Shown here piece after piece: positions 1 to 9,733 of a stretch of 64,000 nucleotides of DNA. Within the stretch, counting starts at the first letter, position 1. Every line of letters starts with the position of its first letter. The translations under genes were made by a program, and so were the position numbers. Source of the DNA: an uncultured Sediminispirochaeta sp. (GTDB lineage Bacteria > Spirochaetota > Spirochaetia > DSM-16054 > Sediminispirochaetaceae); NCBI GenBank assembly GCA_964632675.1, contig CAZWDV010000008.1, positions 17,725-81,724 of the forward strand, written 5' to 3'. The notes under the pieces are model-generated. The model worked only from the letters and a program-made list of their open reading frames with translations. It searched no databases and was not told the DNA's origin.

Positions 1-758
<758 letters not shown>

Positions 759-814
759 GTCTGCTCCTCTCCTCTGTTATGTTCTCGCTTTATCGCTTGT
801 ACTCTCTATTAATT

Positions 815-830
815 AGCAAGTATCGTGCCA
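815..830 (-). promoter_or_regulatory. sigma-54 (-24/-12) promoter upstream of glnN
   Basis: The reverse strand reads TGGCAC-GATAC-TTGCT, an exact fit to TGGCAC-N5-TTGCW. The -12 element ends about 57 nt upstream of the glnN ATG. RpoN/NtrC control of glutamine synthetases is well established. Confidence 0.7.
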
Positions 831-1110
831 AGTAATGCTTTAGGCAGTGTTCCATTGCGAGTTTCAAGTAGCGTTTTTGCGATGTGGAACAATTTTTTTC
901 CGTGCGGCCGGGCTGCAGAGTTGTTATTTGTGCGGGCCTCCAGTTTTGCAGCAGCTCCTTCGTTTTCTAAAATCGGGTGACCGGCCTCTGTAATGAGTAG
1001 CATAATTTATAACGCTGTAGAGAATTATAACATGCAGCCCTTATTATTTCCGCGCAAACTCCGGCGTGGGCGAACTCTTTGCGCATGCCCCACTTAAGAA
1101 TTTTAAGATG

Positions 1111-1152
1111 GATTCTAAAATGGATGCAAAAAAAAGCGATTCTAAAATGGAT
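1111..1152. repeat. Direct repeat GATTCTAAAATGGAT x2 (1111-1125 and 1138-1152), with a third partial copy TTCTAAAAT at 965-973
   Basis: Exact 15-nt duplication 27 bp apart in the 545-bp non-coding gap upstream of glnN. The core TTCTAAAAT recurs at 965-973. Confidence 0.6.
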
Positions 1153-1214
1153 TGGCTACCTGTTGATTGGCAGGCTTGCATTTCAGGTTTTCAGACAGAA
1201 AAATGCCATAGAGG

Positions 1215-1288
1215 CTACATAAATGTAGTTAGTTTGTTTATTAGCCACATTTATGTAGTTTGCTAATATTTTTACTACATAGATGTAG
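1215..1288. repeat. Three 14-bp palindromes (CTACAT-NN-ATGTAG) phased exactly 30 bp apart
   Basis: ctacataaatgtag (1215-1228), ccacatttatgtag (1245-1258) and ctacatagatgtag (1275-1288). Starts at 1215, 1245 and 1275. Located between the 3' end of the 1304..2185 gene and the glnN upstream region. Confidence 0.7.
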
Positions 1289-1303
1289 GTTTATTTGAAG
1301 CGA

Positions 1304-2185
1304 TTAGGTGTTCTTTATGTAGTACACCCGGTATTTTTTTACAAAGTCCGATGGCCTATAGCTCATTTTTGCCTGCCGCAGGCCCGGATCGCCGAGGTCC
1401 TGCTCGCGGTTTATATACATATAGTGCTTCGGCAGCATCGATGCGAAGGACCGATTGACGAACTGATAGATTCCCTTGTATTCGGAGAGTGCTTTTTCAA
1501 AGTGAATTGCGAAATAGCGTCCCTTGGCCAGCGGTTCGCCAAGCGAGTAGGCGGCCGGCTGGTCGTCGACGTAGGTCAGGCAGCCGGTGAGGTTGAGGTC
1601 TGCCATTTTCTCGATTGCTTCGCGGGCGGCGTCCATGTCTCCGAGTTCCTCGCGGCCTTCAGCCCATTTTTCGAGGACCTTCAGGGTATCTCCGCGGTTG
1701 TCTGCATCTATTCGTTTTTCTTCGTAGCTGTAGTTATTGATGAACGCGTTTACCAGGTTGCGCTTTTTATGCAGTTTTTTGCCCGGTAAAGCCGCTAAGT
1801 CTTTTCGCAGGTATAGATAGTCGAAGTTGTCGCGGTCTTCCTGTACTACCAGTCCGTTTTTTTCCAGTTCTATCCGGTCGTGTGCTACGGATGATTCGGA
1901 TAAGTTTTTTAGATACGCATGGGTTTCAAAGAGCTTTTTGAGCGTTTTTAGGTCTTGGCTTCCGCAGGGCAGCATAAAAAACCGTTTGCCCTGGTCGTCT
2001 TTGCCTGAGATCACCAGGTGTTCGTCCGGCAATAGCGAGAGTGTATAGTTGTAGTGCCCCCGGAATAGATAAAGGTTTGCGAAGGTGAACTCCGAGATTC
2101 CGTCGGGGAGCATGGCGAGGCGCGGGTGCAGGTCATCTCGCATGGACCAGTCAATTGGTGCAAGTTCCGGATATTTAGGTATCAT
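1304..2185 (-). CDS. DUF2156-family protein (related to the C-terminal domain of phosphatidylglycerol lysyltransferase)
   Basis: 293-aa ORF. The pattern GISEFTFANLYLFRGHYNYTL...FFMLPCG...KKRNLVNAFINNY...YFAIHFEKA and the size are typical of the DUF2156/COG4866 family. Recognised from memory only. Confidence 0.55.
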   Translation of the reverse strand: MIPKYPELAPIDWSMRDDLHPRLAMLPDGISEFTFANLYLFRGHYNYTLSLLPDEHLVISGKDDQGKRFFMLPCGSQDLKTLKKLFETHAYLKNLSESSVAHDRIELEKNGLVVQEDRDNFDYLYLRKDLAALPGKKLHKKRNLVNAFINNYSYEEKRIDADNRGDTLKVLEKWAEGREELGDMDAAREAIEKMADLNLTGCLTYVDDQPAAYSLGEPLAKGRYFAIHFEKALSEYKGIYQFVNRSFASMLPKHYMYINREQDLGDPGLRQAKMSYRPSDFVKKYRVYYIKNT

Positions 2186-2394
2186 GATGATAATTTAGTG
2201 TTTTTTCTCGCTCCTATCAACCCAGCTGTACGAACCGTGGTGCTAATAGCGGTTTTATATGTTGTATTGTAATATTTTATCAATTTTATTTTATAAACTG
2301 ATTGATTTGGTTTGTATTTAGTTTTAATTAAAAGGGTTACTTTTCAAGGAGCACCAATGTTCGACATGCAGGGTAGACAAGTGAAACAAAGGAT

Positions 2395-3675
2395 ATGTAC
2401 TATAAGCCCATGACTCATAAATATGACCGAAACTGGATTAGACAAGACGTATTAGAACGCTTTCTTCGGTATGTGCAGATCAATACAACCAGCGATCAAC
2501 ATATAGAAGAAATTCCCTCGACCTCCGGCCAGTGGGACCTCCTGCGCCTGCTGCACACAGAGTTACAAGAACTGGGAGTGCAGAAACTCAGCCTGGACGA
2601 ACACGGATATCTCATCGCCAAGATACCGGGGCGCGGAACAGACGGCGCGAACAGCAACCCGCCGACCATAGGCCTCATGGCCCACGTCGACACCTCCGGG
2701 GATATGTCCGGAGAAGAAGTAAAACCTCAACTGCACGCGGATTACGACGGCAGTGATATCGAAATAGGAAACGGGTACAACCTTGAAGTGCAAGACAATC
2801 CAGCACTCTCCGAGTATACTGGCGATACCATCATAACCTCCGATGGTTCAACCCTGCTGGGGGCGGATGACAAAGCCGGGGTTGCGCTTATCATGACGGC
2901 CCTCAAATGGTTAAAAGAGCATCCTGAAATCGATCACGGACCCTTTGAAATCATCTTTACCCCGGATGAGGAAACCGGAAAAGGGATGAACCTTTTTCCG
3001 GTGAAACAGCTCGAATCCTGCTGCTGTTATACTTTTGACGGCGGAGAGCGGGGTATCATAGAAAGCGAGTGTTTCAATGCCTATATCGCGAAAATAACCT
3101 TTACCGGCAATGTGGTGCACCTCGGAGATGCCCGCGGTAAGCTGGTGAATGCAGTCACAATGGCCGGACACTACATCAGTATGTTGCCGCAGAATGAGTC
3201 GCCGGAAGCGACCGACGGGCGCTACGGGTATTATGCGCCCTTTGAGATAAGCGGCGGGCTGGATAAGACCGATTTTACTGTGTATTTACGCGATTTCGAA
3301 GTCGAAGGAATGCAGCACCGTATAGATATGCTGCACGAAGTGGCAAAAACGGTGGAAGGTTTGTATCCGGGCGGTTCGGTTGAGGTACATGCAAAGAAAA
3401 TGTACAGCAATATGCGGGAACATATTGCTGCCAAACCGCAAATTATGGACTTGCTCGAGGAAGCTATCCGTCAGACCGGGGTCGCACCGCAGCGAACTAT
3501 TATTCGCGGTGGTACCGACGGGGCGCGTCTAAGTGAAATGGGCATTCCGACTCCGAATGTGTTTACCGGAGGCTATAATTTTCACAGCAGGTTTGAATGG
3601 GCGTCCCTCTCTACATTAGTTGAGGCGGTGGAAACGGCGATCAACTTAATTCGCTTGTGGGCTGATCAAAAATAA
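2395..3675 (+). CDS. pepT: Peptidase T (tripeptide aminopeptidase, M20B)
   Basis: 426 aa. Contains RFLRYVQINTTSD, GLMAHVDTSGD, LGADDKAGVALIM, FTPDEETG and GGTDGARLSEMGIPTPN, the M20B metal-ligand and catalytic blocks. AAGGA SD before the ATG. Confidence 0.9.
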   Translation: MYYKPMTHKYDRNWIRQDVLERFLRYVQINTTSDQHIEEIPSTSGQWDLLRLLHTELQELGVQKLSLDEHGYLIAKIPGRGTDGANSNPPTIGLMAHVDTSGDMSGEEVKPQLHADYDGSDIEIGNGYNLEVQDNPALSEYTGDTIITSDGSTLLGADDKAGVALIMTALKWLKEHPEIDHGPFEIIFTPDEETGKGMNLFPVKQLESCCCYTFDGGERGIIESECFNAYIAKITFTGNVVHLGDARGKLVNAVTMAGHYISMLPQNESPEATDGRYGYYAPFEISGGLDKTDFTVYLRDFEVEGMQHRIDMLHEVAKTVEGLYPGGSVEVHAKKMYSNMREHIAAKPQIMDLLEEAIRQTGVAPQRTIIRGGTDGARLSEMGIPTPNVFTGGYNFHSRFEWASLSTLVEAVETAINLIRLWADQK

Positions 3676-3705
3676 TTAGTTTTTCGATTTGTCCGACCTA
3701 AATCT

Positions 3706-3734
3706 TTGAACTCGTTTCAGGGCCGTGCTATATT
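3706..3734 (+). promoter_or_regulatory. sigma-70-like promoter for the 3756-11245 operon
   Basis: TTGAAC (3706-3711), 17-nt spacer, TATATT (3729-3734), 22 nt before the ATG at 3756. Confidence 0.45.
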
Positions 3735-3755
3735 AAAGGCAGATGGGGATGAAAA

Positions 3756-4919
3756 ATGGAAACAAATAACAAACTCTATAAACGCATGTTAGCAGTTGCT
3801 GTGTTGCTAATGTGCTTTATAGGTCCGGCTCTGGCCGAAGAAGTAAGTGGTGAAATTGTATATATTGAAGGTACTGTAGATATATACCGCGATGGAGCCA
3901 AGCTTGATTGGCGAGCTGTCGACATTGGAACCTTTCTTGAGCCATTTGATATGGTAGAGACCGGTCAGGACGGCTTTGTGGAAATATCTCTGTCAAAGGC
4001 CGGCAGTGGATCAACCGTTACAGTTGAACCGGATACCTCCTTTTATTTCGAAGTAGATGATGTGGATAGACCTCAAAAGACCGAGTTTGCGGTCATGGCC
4101 GGTTCAATGACCTTTCGAGTGCAGAAATTGTCCGGAAATGAGGCTTTTCAGGTGCGCACAGAATCAGTGGCTATGGGGGTGCGCGGTACTGAGTTTCGGG
4201 TGGCAGTTGCTCCTGAAGGCAGTGTGTTGTGTACCACCAAAGAGGGGCTGGTTGAGTGTAAGTCCGACAATAGAACGCAGGCGCTCTCAAAGCCCGGGCA
4301 AGCAGTCGAAAAAATTACCGAGCAGGATCTTTCCACCACTCAAGTGGCCGTTGAGCAACTCGATCAATACCAGTCCAGCTGGATTACTGAACGGGAAGAG
4401 ATGTTCAAACGGGGTGCACATACATTTATAAAGGGGTATGGTCTCCAATATGTGAAAGTGCGTCCCAGATTTATGCAGGCGTATGCCGAACTAAAGCGGG
4501 TAGAGCCCCAGTTGCGGCAGGTCGAAAAGTCCGGCGGGATGGGCAGTACCGGCCAACTCTTTAAAATGAAAGGGCAAGTGAGTCCGGCAGTGGTAAAAAT
4601 GCGTAGTATTCTTCCCATGTTCGAACATGTATTTTTTCGTTTGCAGCGCTTATCCGACTACCATGCAATGGGCTACGGACAGGGAATGATAACCGGCAAC
4701 ACCAGCACTGCCGAGTTCTTTTCGGATTTCAACAGCATGGAGATGGAAATGAAACGTCGCCTCTCTGAAACTTACTATCTGCTGCGTCTTTTCCAGAGAT
4801 TGCATGAACTCACCGGCGGCGGCCCCTCTATTATGGATTCTCCCTTTGGTGAAGAAGGCGGGGGCGGAATGCCTCAGGGAAATGTCCCTGAGGGGTTCGG
4901 TGAGTCACCCTTCAATTAA
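3756..4919 (+). CDS. Secreted FecR-domain protein
   Basis: 387 aa. Signal peptide MLAVAVLLMCFIGPALA/EE. FecR-domain hallmarks: GEIVYIEGTVDIYRDG...VETGQDGFVEISL...VRTESVAMGVRGTEFRV. Confidence 0.7.
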   Translation: METNNKLYKRMLAVAVLLMCFIGPALAEEVSGEIVYIEGTVDIYRDGAKLDWRAVDIGTFLEPFDMVETGQDGFVEISLSKAGSGSTVTVEPDTSFYFEVDDVDRPQKTEFAVMAGSMTFRVQKLSGNEAFQVRTESVAMGVRGTEFRVAVAPEGSVLCTTKEGLVECKSDNRTQALSKPGQAVEKITEQDLSTTQVAVEQLDQYQSSWITEREEMFKRGAHTFIKGYGLQYVKVRPRFMQAYAELKRVEPQLRQVEKSGGMGSTGQLFKMKGQVSPAVVKMRSILPMFEHVFFRLQRLSDYHAMGYGQGMITGNTSTAEFFSDFNSMEMEMKRRLSETYYLLRLFQRLHELTGGGPSIMDSPFGEEGGGGMPQGNVPEGFGESPFN

Positions 4920-4944
4920 AGCGCAGAAGGCGTAAGCGAGGCGT

Positions 4945-6876
4945 ATGATTACAAAGATAAGTACATTTGGCAGACTGATTTCAGTATCACTTCTAGTAGG
5001 GATACTGCTGGCTACGTCTTGTCAGAATGAAGCCTTCCTGCCGCCTTATCAAACTGACCCGGAAAGTTCTATACAAACTTCGATACGCAGTGGGGCGGTA
5101 CTGACGGGCAGCAACTCCGTACAACTGAACCTGGAGTACGATGAAGCTACGGAAAAACCGCCCGTACAGCTAAAAATCACGATTACCGACCGCGAAGGCA
5201 ACAGTCTGGGTACTCAGAGCATTGAAGGGGACCAGCTGTTCGAACCCTTGCCTTCGGTAGCACCGGTTGAAGGCCGGGAAGGGCTTTTCATACTCGATCT
5301 GCGCCTTTACGATAAAAACGGCGAATTATTGGAAAAAAAGGAGATACCCTTCTTTAAGGTAGCACGTTATCCGAACATCGTGCAGATAGAGGCGTATCCG
5401 CCGGATAGCCTGCATCCCGAATCTAGCGGGCTGCTGGTCCCGACAGTAACCGGCGGTGAAGACCTGTGGGTTCGCTGGAAAATGGGGTCGGTACTATTGG
5501 AAAAGGGGCCGCTGTCTGAATATCAGGGGGGCTATGTATGGACCGCCCCCTCCAGCGAGGGAGTGTATAGTATTACCCTTGAAGTGTTTCCCGAAGCTCC
5601 TCCGGAAGGTGATGGGGATTACGCTTTTCAGTCACCGGTTAAATCGGAAGTACAATTTTATGTACAAAAGAGAAGCGGCAGCCGGTCGGGAGAGCTGGGA
5701 GAGGAAGCGCGATACCATACTCTGCTGCATCTGGACGGGACATTTCGCGATACCGGTGTACAGAGAGCTGCGTTTGCAGCAATCGGGTCCCCTGCTGTGG
5801 CAGTCAATGACGGCTTGTTCGGGTACTACTTTTCATCTGATGACGGGGTGAAAAGCAGTGCGGAGGAATTCCTGTTTCAGGCACCCCAGACGGCCGATCC
5901 TTTTACCCTTACCTTCCAATTTGATCCGGCCGGGGATGTACAACCTGATAGCCACATATTTACCGCCTTTGGGCAGGATGGAGGGGCGCTGGTCCAGCTT
6001 ATCACTGATAGGCGCGGCAGCCTGGTTCTGCAAAGTCCGTCAAATGAGCAGGTCCTGCACAGTTTTTCCGGCTTTAGTTTTGAAGGAGTGCGGGAGCTCT
6101 CAATCTCTTTTCTACCGAGTGGTGAAGAGCTGCAGCTAAAATGGTACCGGAACGGACGCTTGATCTATGCCGGTAATATTCCACGAAACCGGTTTCCCCG
6201 CGAGGCATGGCATGGACTGCAGATCAGTGCGAATGCACCCGAAGGCACACAATCCGGGTTTGAAGGCCTGTTTGATGAGTTTGGTATATATACAGTTGAT
6301 GAAGATGGAACCCCCTCATCTGATCGTGATATTTTCAAGCGCTGGGCCAGGCGCGAGCTAGGCGAGCGGGAGGTTTTGGCGGCCGAGGGCTTCGAGCATA
6401 TACCGGCGGATACACTCAGTATCGATTCTGAAAAAGCGGTTCTGCTTACCGAAATCAAAGCGGGCTGGGCGAAGGCCGGATTAGTACTTTACCATCAAGA
6501 TAGTGGACGCCTTGAAAATTTCGTCATGCGAATAAGTCCTCTCGAGCAGCAGGAAGCCGAGCAGCAGGAAGCTGCGGAAGCGGTGGATATCACCGCAGAT
6601 ACGATTGCCGAGGACGGAGCTTTAAGTTTGTCCTTTTTCCGCGATGCACAAGCTTTGGTGATACGCAACGCCAAAGGCCGGGAGCTTTTTCGTAATTCTA
6701 AATGGAGCAACCGGGAGCTGAAGGTTGAAATGCTCTCCGCCCCTGCCGCTTCAGCTTCTAATTCGGATACAGCTGCAGACAAAGATGGCGGCGATGAGGC
6801 CGGTGATGCTGCATTACAGATTAGTGAAGTGCTGGTAGTTCGAGAATTATCCACTTTTAAAGAATCCGATATTTAA
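4945..6876 (+). CDS. Lipoprotein with a LamG/concanavalin-like (Laminin_G_3-type) domain
   Basis: 643 aa. Lipobox-like LLATSC. The central block LHLDGTFRDTG...FTLTFQFDP...IFTAFGQDGGALVQLITDRRGSLVLQS...LSISFLPSGEELQLKWYRNGRLIY...LFDEFGIY looks like a LamG jelly-roll. No catalytic motif recognised. Confidence 0.5.
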   Translation: MITKISTFGRLISVSLLVGILLATSCQNEAFLPPYQTDPESSIQTSIRSGAVLTGSNSVQLNLEYDEATEKPPVQLKITITDREGNSLGTQSIEGDQLFEPLPSVAPVEGREGLFILDLRLYDKNGELLEKKEIPFFKVARYPNIVQIEAYPPDSLHPESSGLLVPTVTGGEDLWVRWKMGSVLLEKGPLSEYQGGYVWTAPSSEGVYSITLEVFPEAPPEGDGDYAFQSPVKSEVQFYVQKRSGSRSGELGEEARYHTLLHLDGTFRDTGVQRAAFAAIGSPAVAVNDGLFGYYFSSDDGVKSSAEEFLFQAPQTADPFTLTFQFDPAGDVQPDSHIFTAFGQDGGALVQLITDRRGSLVLQSPSNEQVLHSFSGFSFEGVRELSISFLPSGEELQLKWYRNGRLIYAGNIPRNRFPREAWHGLQISANAPEGTQSGFEGLFDEFGIYTVDEDGTPSSDRDIFKRWARRELGEREVLAAEGFEHIPADTLSIDSEKAVLLTEIKAGWAKAGLVLYHQDSGRLENFVMRISPLEQQEAEQQEAAEAVDITADTIAEDGALSLSFFRDAQALVIRNAKGRELFRNSKWSNRELKVEMLSAPAASASNSDTAADKDGGDEAGDAALQISEVLVVRELSTFKESDI

Positions 6877-6916
6877 GAATTGAAGCAGAACAGCAGATAA
6901 GTTGATTACTATACAT

Positions 6917-8221
6917 ATGAGGAACAATAAATCTTTCTTTAGCTATGCAATCATAGTGCTGCTCTTTACCGCTGCCGCGGGGGGAGTGTATCCCCAAAAT
7001 AACGATGTGTCGGATTCGGGGCAGCTGTCCGGACCGGCGGAAAGTGGGGACTACAGGACAATTGCAGTACGTCCGGTACAGCGGACTGCTGAAACTGAAA
7101 CTTCCGAAGCCGGGCTGCCCGGTGAGATAGTGGAATTACTGCAGTCCCGGCTGCTCGAGCTCTTTCCGTCTCTGGGAAGTTTTGTGCCCGTGGAGCCAGA
7201 GAGTGCTGCGGCAATTTTACTTACTCCTACAATTACCGAGTACGGAATCAAAAGGGATAAAGATCTCGGTATTGTTGTGGAAATGGAGCTTATGTGTGCG
7301 CTCGAGCAAGGGCCTTTCGAGCAAGAACCTCTCGATCACGGTCCGTTCGCCGGAAGCAAGAATATATCCCATCGAACAGTAATTCGGGCGGTCGGCCGCG
7401 GAGCTACTCATAACGCAGCGGGGCTGCGCGCAGTTGATAATGCTTTAAAAGAGTATCGACACCGCCTCTTGTCCAGTTCGGTGTTGTCTTCCGGAGACGA
7501 TGCTGGCGATACAGCGGCACTGCGGGTAACGGACACGCTATCCGGCAGACTAATACTGAACCGGGGATTGCAGGACGGCCTGCAGCTTGGTGACGAATAC
7601 CGCTTGCAAACCCAGCGCCCGGCCCAAAGCCCGACTTTCAGTTCGGCCCAGAACCCGGGATTGGGACCGGCCCTGGTAAAAATTGCGGAGGTGTATCCCG
7701 ATTTTTCTGAAGCCCATGTGCTCTACGGCCGTGAGCAGCTGCAGATAGGGGTCCTTCTGGAGCCTGAGCAACAGCTTGGTTTGCGGATTGCTGTCGAAGG
7801 GAACTATGTATATAGAATGGGTACATGGCAGACTGCTCCCGAAAATCTTGGCGGAGTAAGTGCGCGGCTTTATTACGACCACGGACTGTTCTCGATTTCT
7901 CCGCTGCTGAAAGTCGATTATGTTACCAATAAGCTTGCCTTTGTGCACACCGGTACTGCCCTCAACTGGTATGTGGGGCGCATGCGGATAGCTCCGACTC
8001 TCCTGGGCGGGCTGGGGTTTGCGGCTGCCGGGGAGGGCACATCGAGTGCATCCCAATCCATGTATTGGGGAGCTTCGCTGGAACTGGTACTTTCATGGCG
8101 GATAAATCGACGGCTGCTGTTTTCATTAGATGTGGGGGGTAGTGGGTGGTATCATACCGGTGAAGCCTTTGCGGAAGCGCGATTTCTCTATGCAGGTTCC
8201 GGATTTATGCTGAAATATTGA
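6917..8221 (+). CDS. Exported protein with a C-terminal beta-barrel-like (outer-membrane anchor) region
   Basis: The ORF track starts at TTG 6902; I prefer ATG 6917 (MRNNKSFFSYAIIVLLFTAAAGG signal). The last ~150 aa alternate hydrophobic and polar residues, with aromatic-rich strands and a terminal ...AGSGFMLKY, as in small OM barrels. Assignment from the pattern only. Confidence 0.45.
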   Translation: MRNNKSFFSYAIIVLLFTAAAGGVYPQNNDVSDSGQLSGPAESGDYRTIAVRPVQRTAETETSEAGLPGEIVELLQSRLLELFPSLGSFVPVEPESAAAILLTPTITEYGIKRDKDLGIVVEMELMCALEQGPFEQEPLDHGPFAGSKNISHRTVIRAVGRGATHNAAGLRAVDNALKEYRHRLLSSSVLSSGDDAGDTAALRVTDTLSGRLILNRGLQDGLQLGDEYRLQTQRPAQSPTFSSAQNPGLGPALVKIAEVYPDFSEAHVLYGREQLQIGVLLEPEQQLGLRIAVEGNYVYRMGTWQTAPENLGGVSARLYYDHGLFSISPLLKVDYVTNKLAFVHTGTALNWYVGRMRIAPTLLGGLGFAAAGEGTSSASQSMYWGASLELVLSWRINRRLLFSLDVGGSGWYHTGEAFAEARFLYAGSGFMLKY

Positions 8222-8288
8222 GATATTGTGTAGTATAGTATTAGTATTAGTTATAGCAAGCTTAATGGATTAAAACGAGTGAGGGGTT

Positions 8289-9698
8289 ATGAAAGTGAAA
8301 AACCTGATACAATGGTGTGGAATACTGATAGTAGTTGCAGGGCTCATGGCGTGTGCAACTGCGCCGTCGACAGGTGGCCGCGGCCGGGCCTCTGAAGGGG
8401 GAGCCGCGGCTCAACCTTCGCCCGAACCGACGAATTCGCCGATGTACTACGGTACCGGCAGCGGATCTTCTCAGACCGCTGCCATGAACATAGCGAAGAT
8501 GAATGCGGTCAAAAAAGCCGTGCAGGATGCCGTCGGGGCTCCGACCGCCCTGGCGAAGAAAGGGCAGATAGAATCGCTTTTTTCTGAAGATAAAAATGCC
8601 AACAGTTTTGTGTATAATTCGTCCACCCAGATTTTAGACCGGGCCGCCGTCGATGGGGGGGCCACCGTTACTCTGGGGGTGCGGATCAATCTGGAGGCGG
8701 TCTCTAATCTGTTACGGGCAAACGATATTTACGGCAACCAAGTACTGCCCCAGGGCGGAGAGGTGAAACTCGCGGACCAGAGCCCCCCGGCTGCCTTGGC
8801 TAAGGCGCAAGCCGAACAGGAAGGGGCCGGTGCTCAAGCGGAAACCGGAACCGGCGCCCAGGCGGAGGAACCGGCCGCCGGGGCTGCAGATACCGCGGCG
8901 CAGGAAATTGATCCGGAACAGGCACAGATTATTCGGAATATTGTCGATAATCTAGTTTATATGGTCTATTTCAACGAAGAGACCGAAGATAATCCGTTTC
9001 TGGCCAAAACAGCCGTTGGAATGGCCAACAAGTACCTGGCCCAGCAGGGGCTCTCCTATGTTGATATGGATCAGGTCGAGCAGATCAAAGAGGATCAGAT
9101 GGCCGCCTACGAAGCCGAAACCGGCCAGGGGGTTTCCGTTCTGCAATGGATTGCCGGCAAGTTGAACGCCGACATTTACATCGAGGTATCGGTGGATGTG
9201 GAAACCGAGACCAAAAGCGGACGTTATTACGGAAGCGCCAGCGTCAGTTTGAAAAATTTCGATGCATCCACCGGCGCCGGACGGGGAACCGCCTTCTATC
9301 AGACTGTTCCGCCGGCTATGAGTACCGTCAGTACCGAAGATGCGGTGAACAACGCCGTTGCCTCGGCTACCTATAAAGCGATGCAGGAATCGCTGAAACA
9401 GGCGCAGAACTACACCGAAAAGGAGCTTCGCCAGGGTATCAAGTACCAGCTGGTACTGCAGAATACATCCGATGCGCGGGCGATGCGTGACTTCGTGAAA
9501 AAAATGGAGCGGGAAGTGCGGGAGATCAAACGCCTCTCCTACTCGCCGGCGGAGGCCAAGTATGAAGTTCGCTTGATCGGCACAATTACCGATCTCGAAG
9601 ACATCGTGTATGATGTGTCCGAGGCGGTTGACGGGATGGGAGGAATCTACCTGGTGTACCAGCGGGGTAATTCCATCACATTCGATACGGGAATGTAA
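8289..9698 (+). CDS. Lipoprotein with an N-terminal LPP20-like segment and an Ala/Glu/Gln-rich linker
   Basis: 469 aa. Lipobox AGLMAC. YYGTGSGSSQTAAMNIAKMNAVKKAVQDAVG resembles the LPP20 core. Low-complexity AQAEQEGAGAQAETGTGAQAEE linker. GAGGGG SD. Confidence 0.45.
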   Translation: MKVKNLIQWCGILIVVAGLMACATAPSTGGRGRASEGGAAAQPSPEPTNSPMYYGTGSGSSQTAAMNIAKMNAVKKAVQDAVGAPTALAKKGQIESLFSEDKNANSFVYNSSTQILDRAAVDGGATVTLGVRINLEAVSNLLRANDIYGNQVLPQGGEVKLADQSPPAALAKAQAEQEGAGAQAETGTGAQAEEPAAGAADTAAQEIDPEQAQIIRNIVDNLVYMVYFNEETEDNPFLAKTAVGMANKYLAQQGLSYVDMDQVEQIKEDQMAAYEAETGQGVSVLQWIAGKLNADIYIEVSVDVETETKSGRYYGSASVSLKNFDASTGAGRGTAFYQTVPPAMSTVSTEDAVNNAVASATYKAMQESLKQAQNYTEKELRQGIKYQLVLQNTSDARAMRDFVKKMEREVREIKRLSYSPAEAKYEVRLIGTITDLEDIVYDVSEAVDGMGGIYLVYQRGNSITFDTGM

Positions 9699-9733
9699 GA
9701 ATAGAATAGAAGCGTACAGAGGAGCTGAGAGAC

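Noticed and set aside
809-1266. Small ORFs 809..1003 (-) and 1066..1266 (+) in the glnN upstream gap
   Set aside because: No SD. The first overlaps the sigma-54 promoter. The second is generated by the DNA direct repeats (KMDSKMD...SKMD) and by palindromes. Regulatory DNA is the better explanation.
8231-8256. Short tandem repeat (TAGTAT-like units x4) in the 8222-8288 intergenic gap
   Set aside because: It is only ~26 nt and imperfect, probably incidental AT-rich promoter DNA. I saw no further copies.
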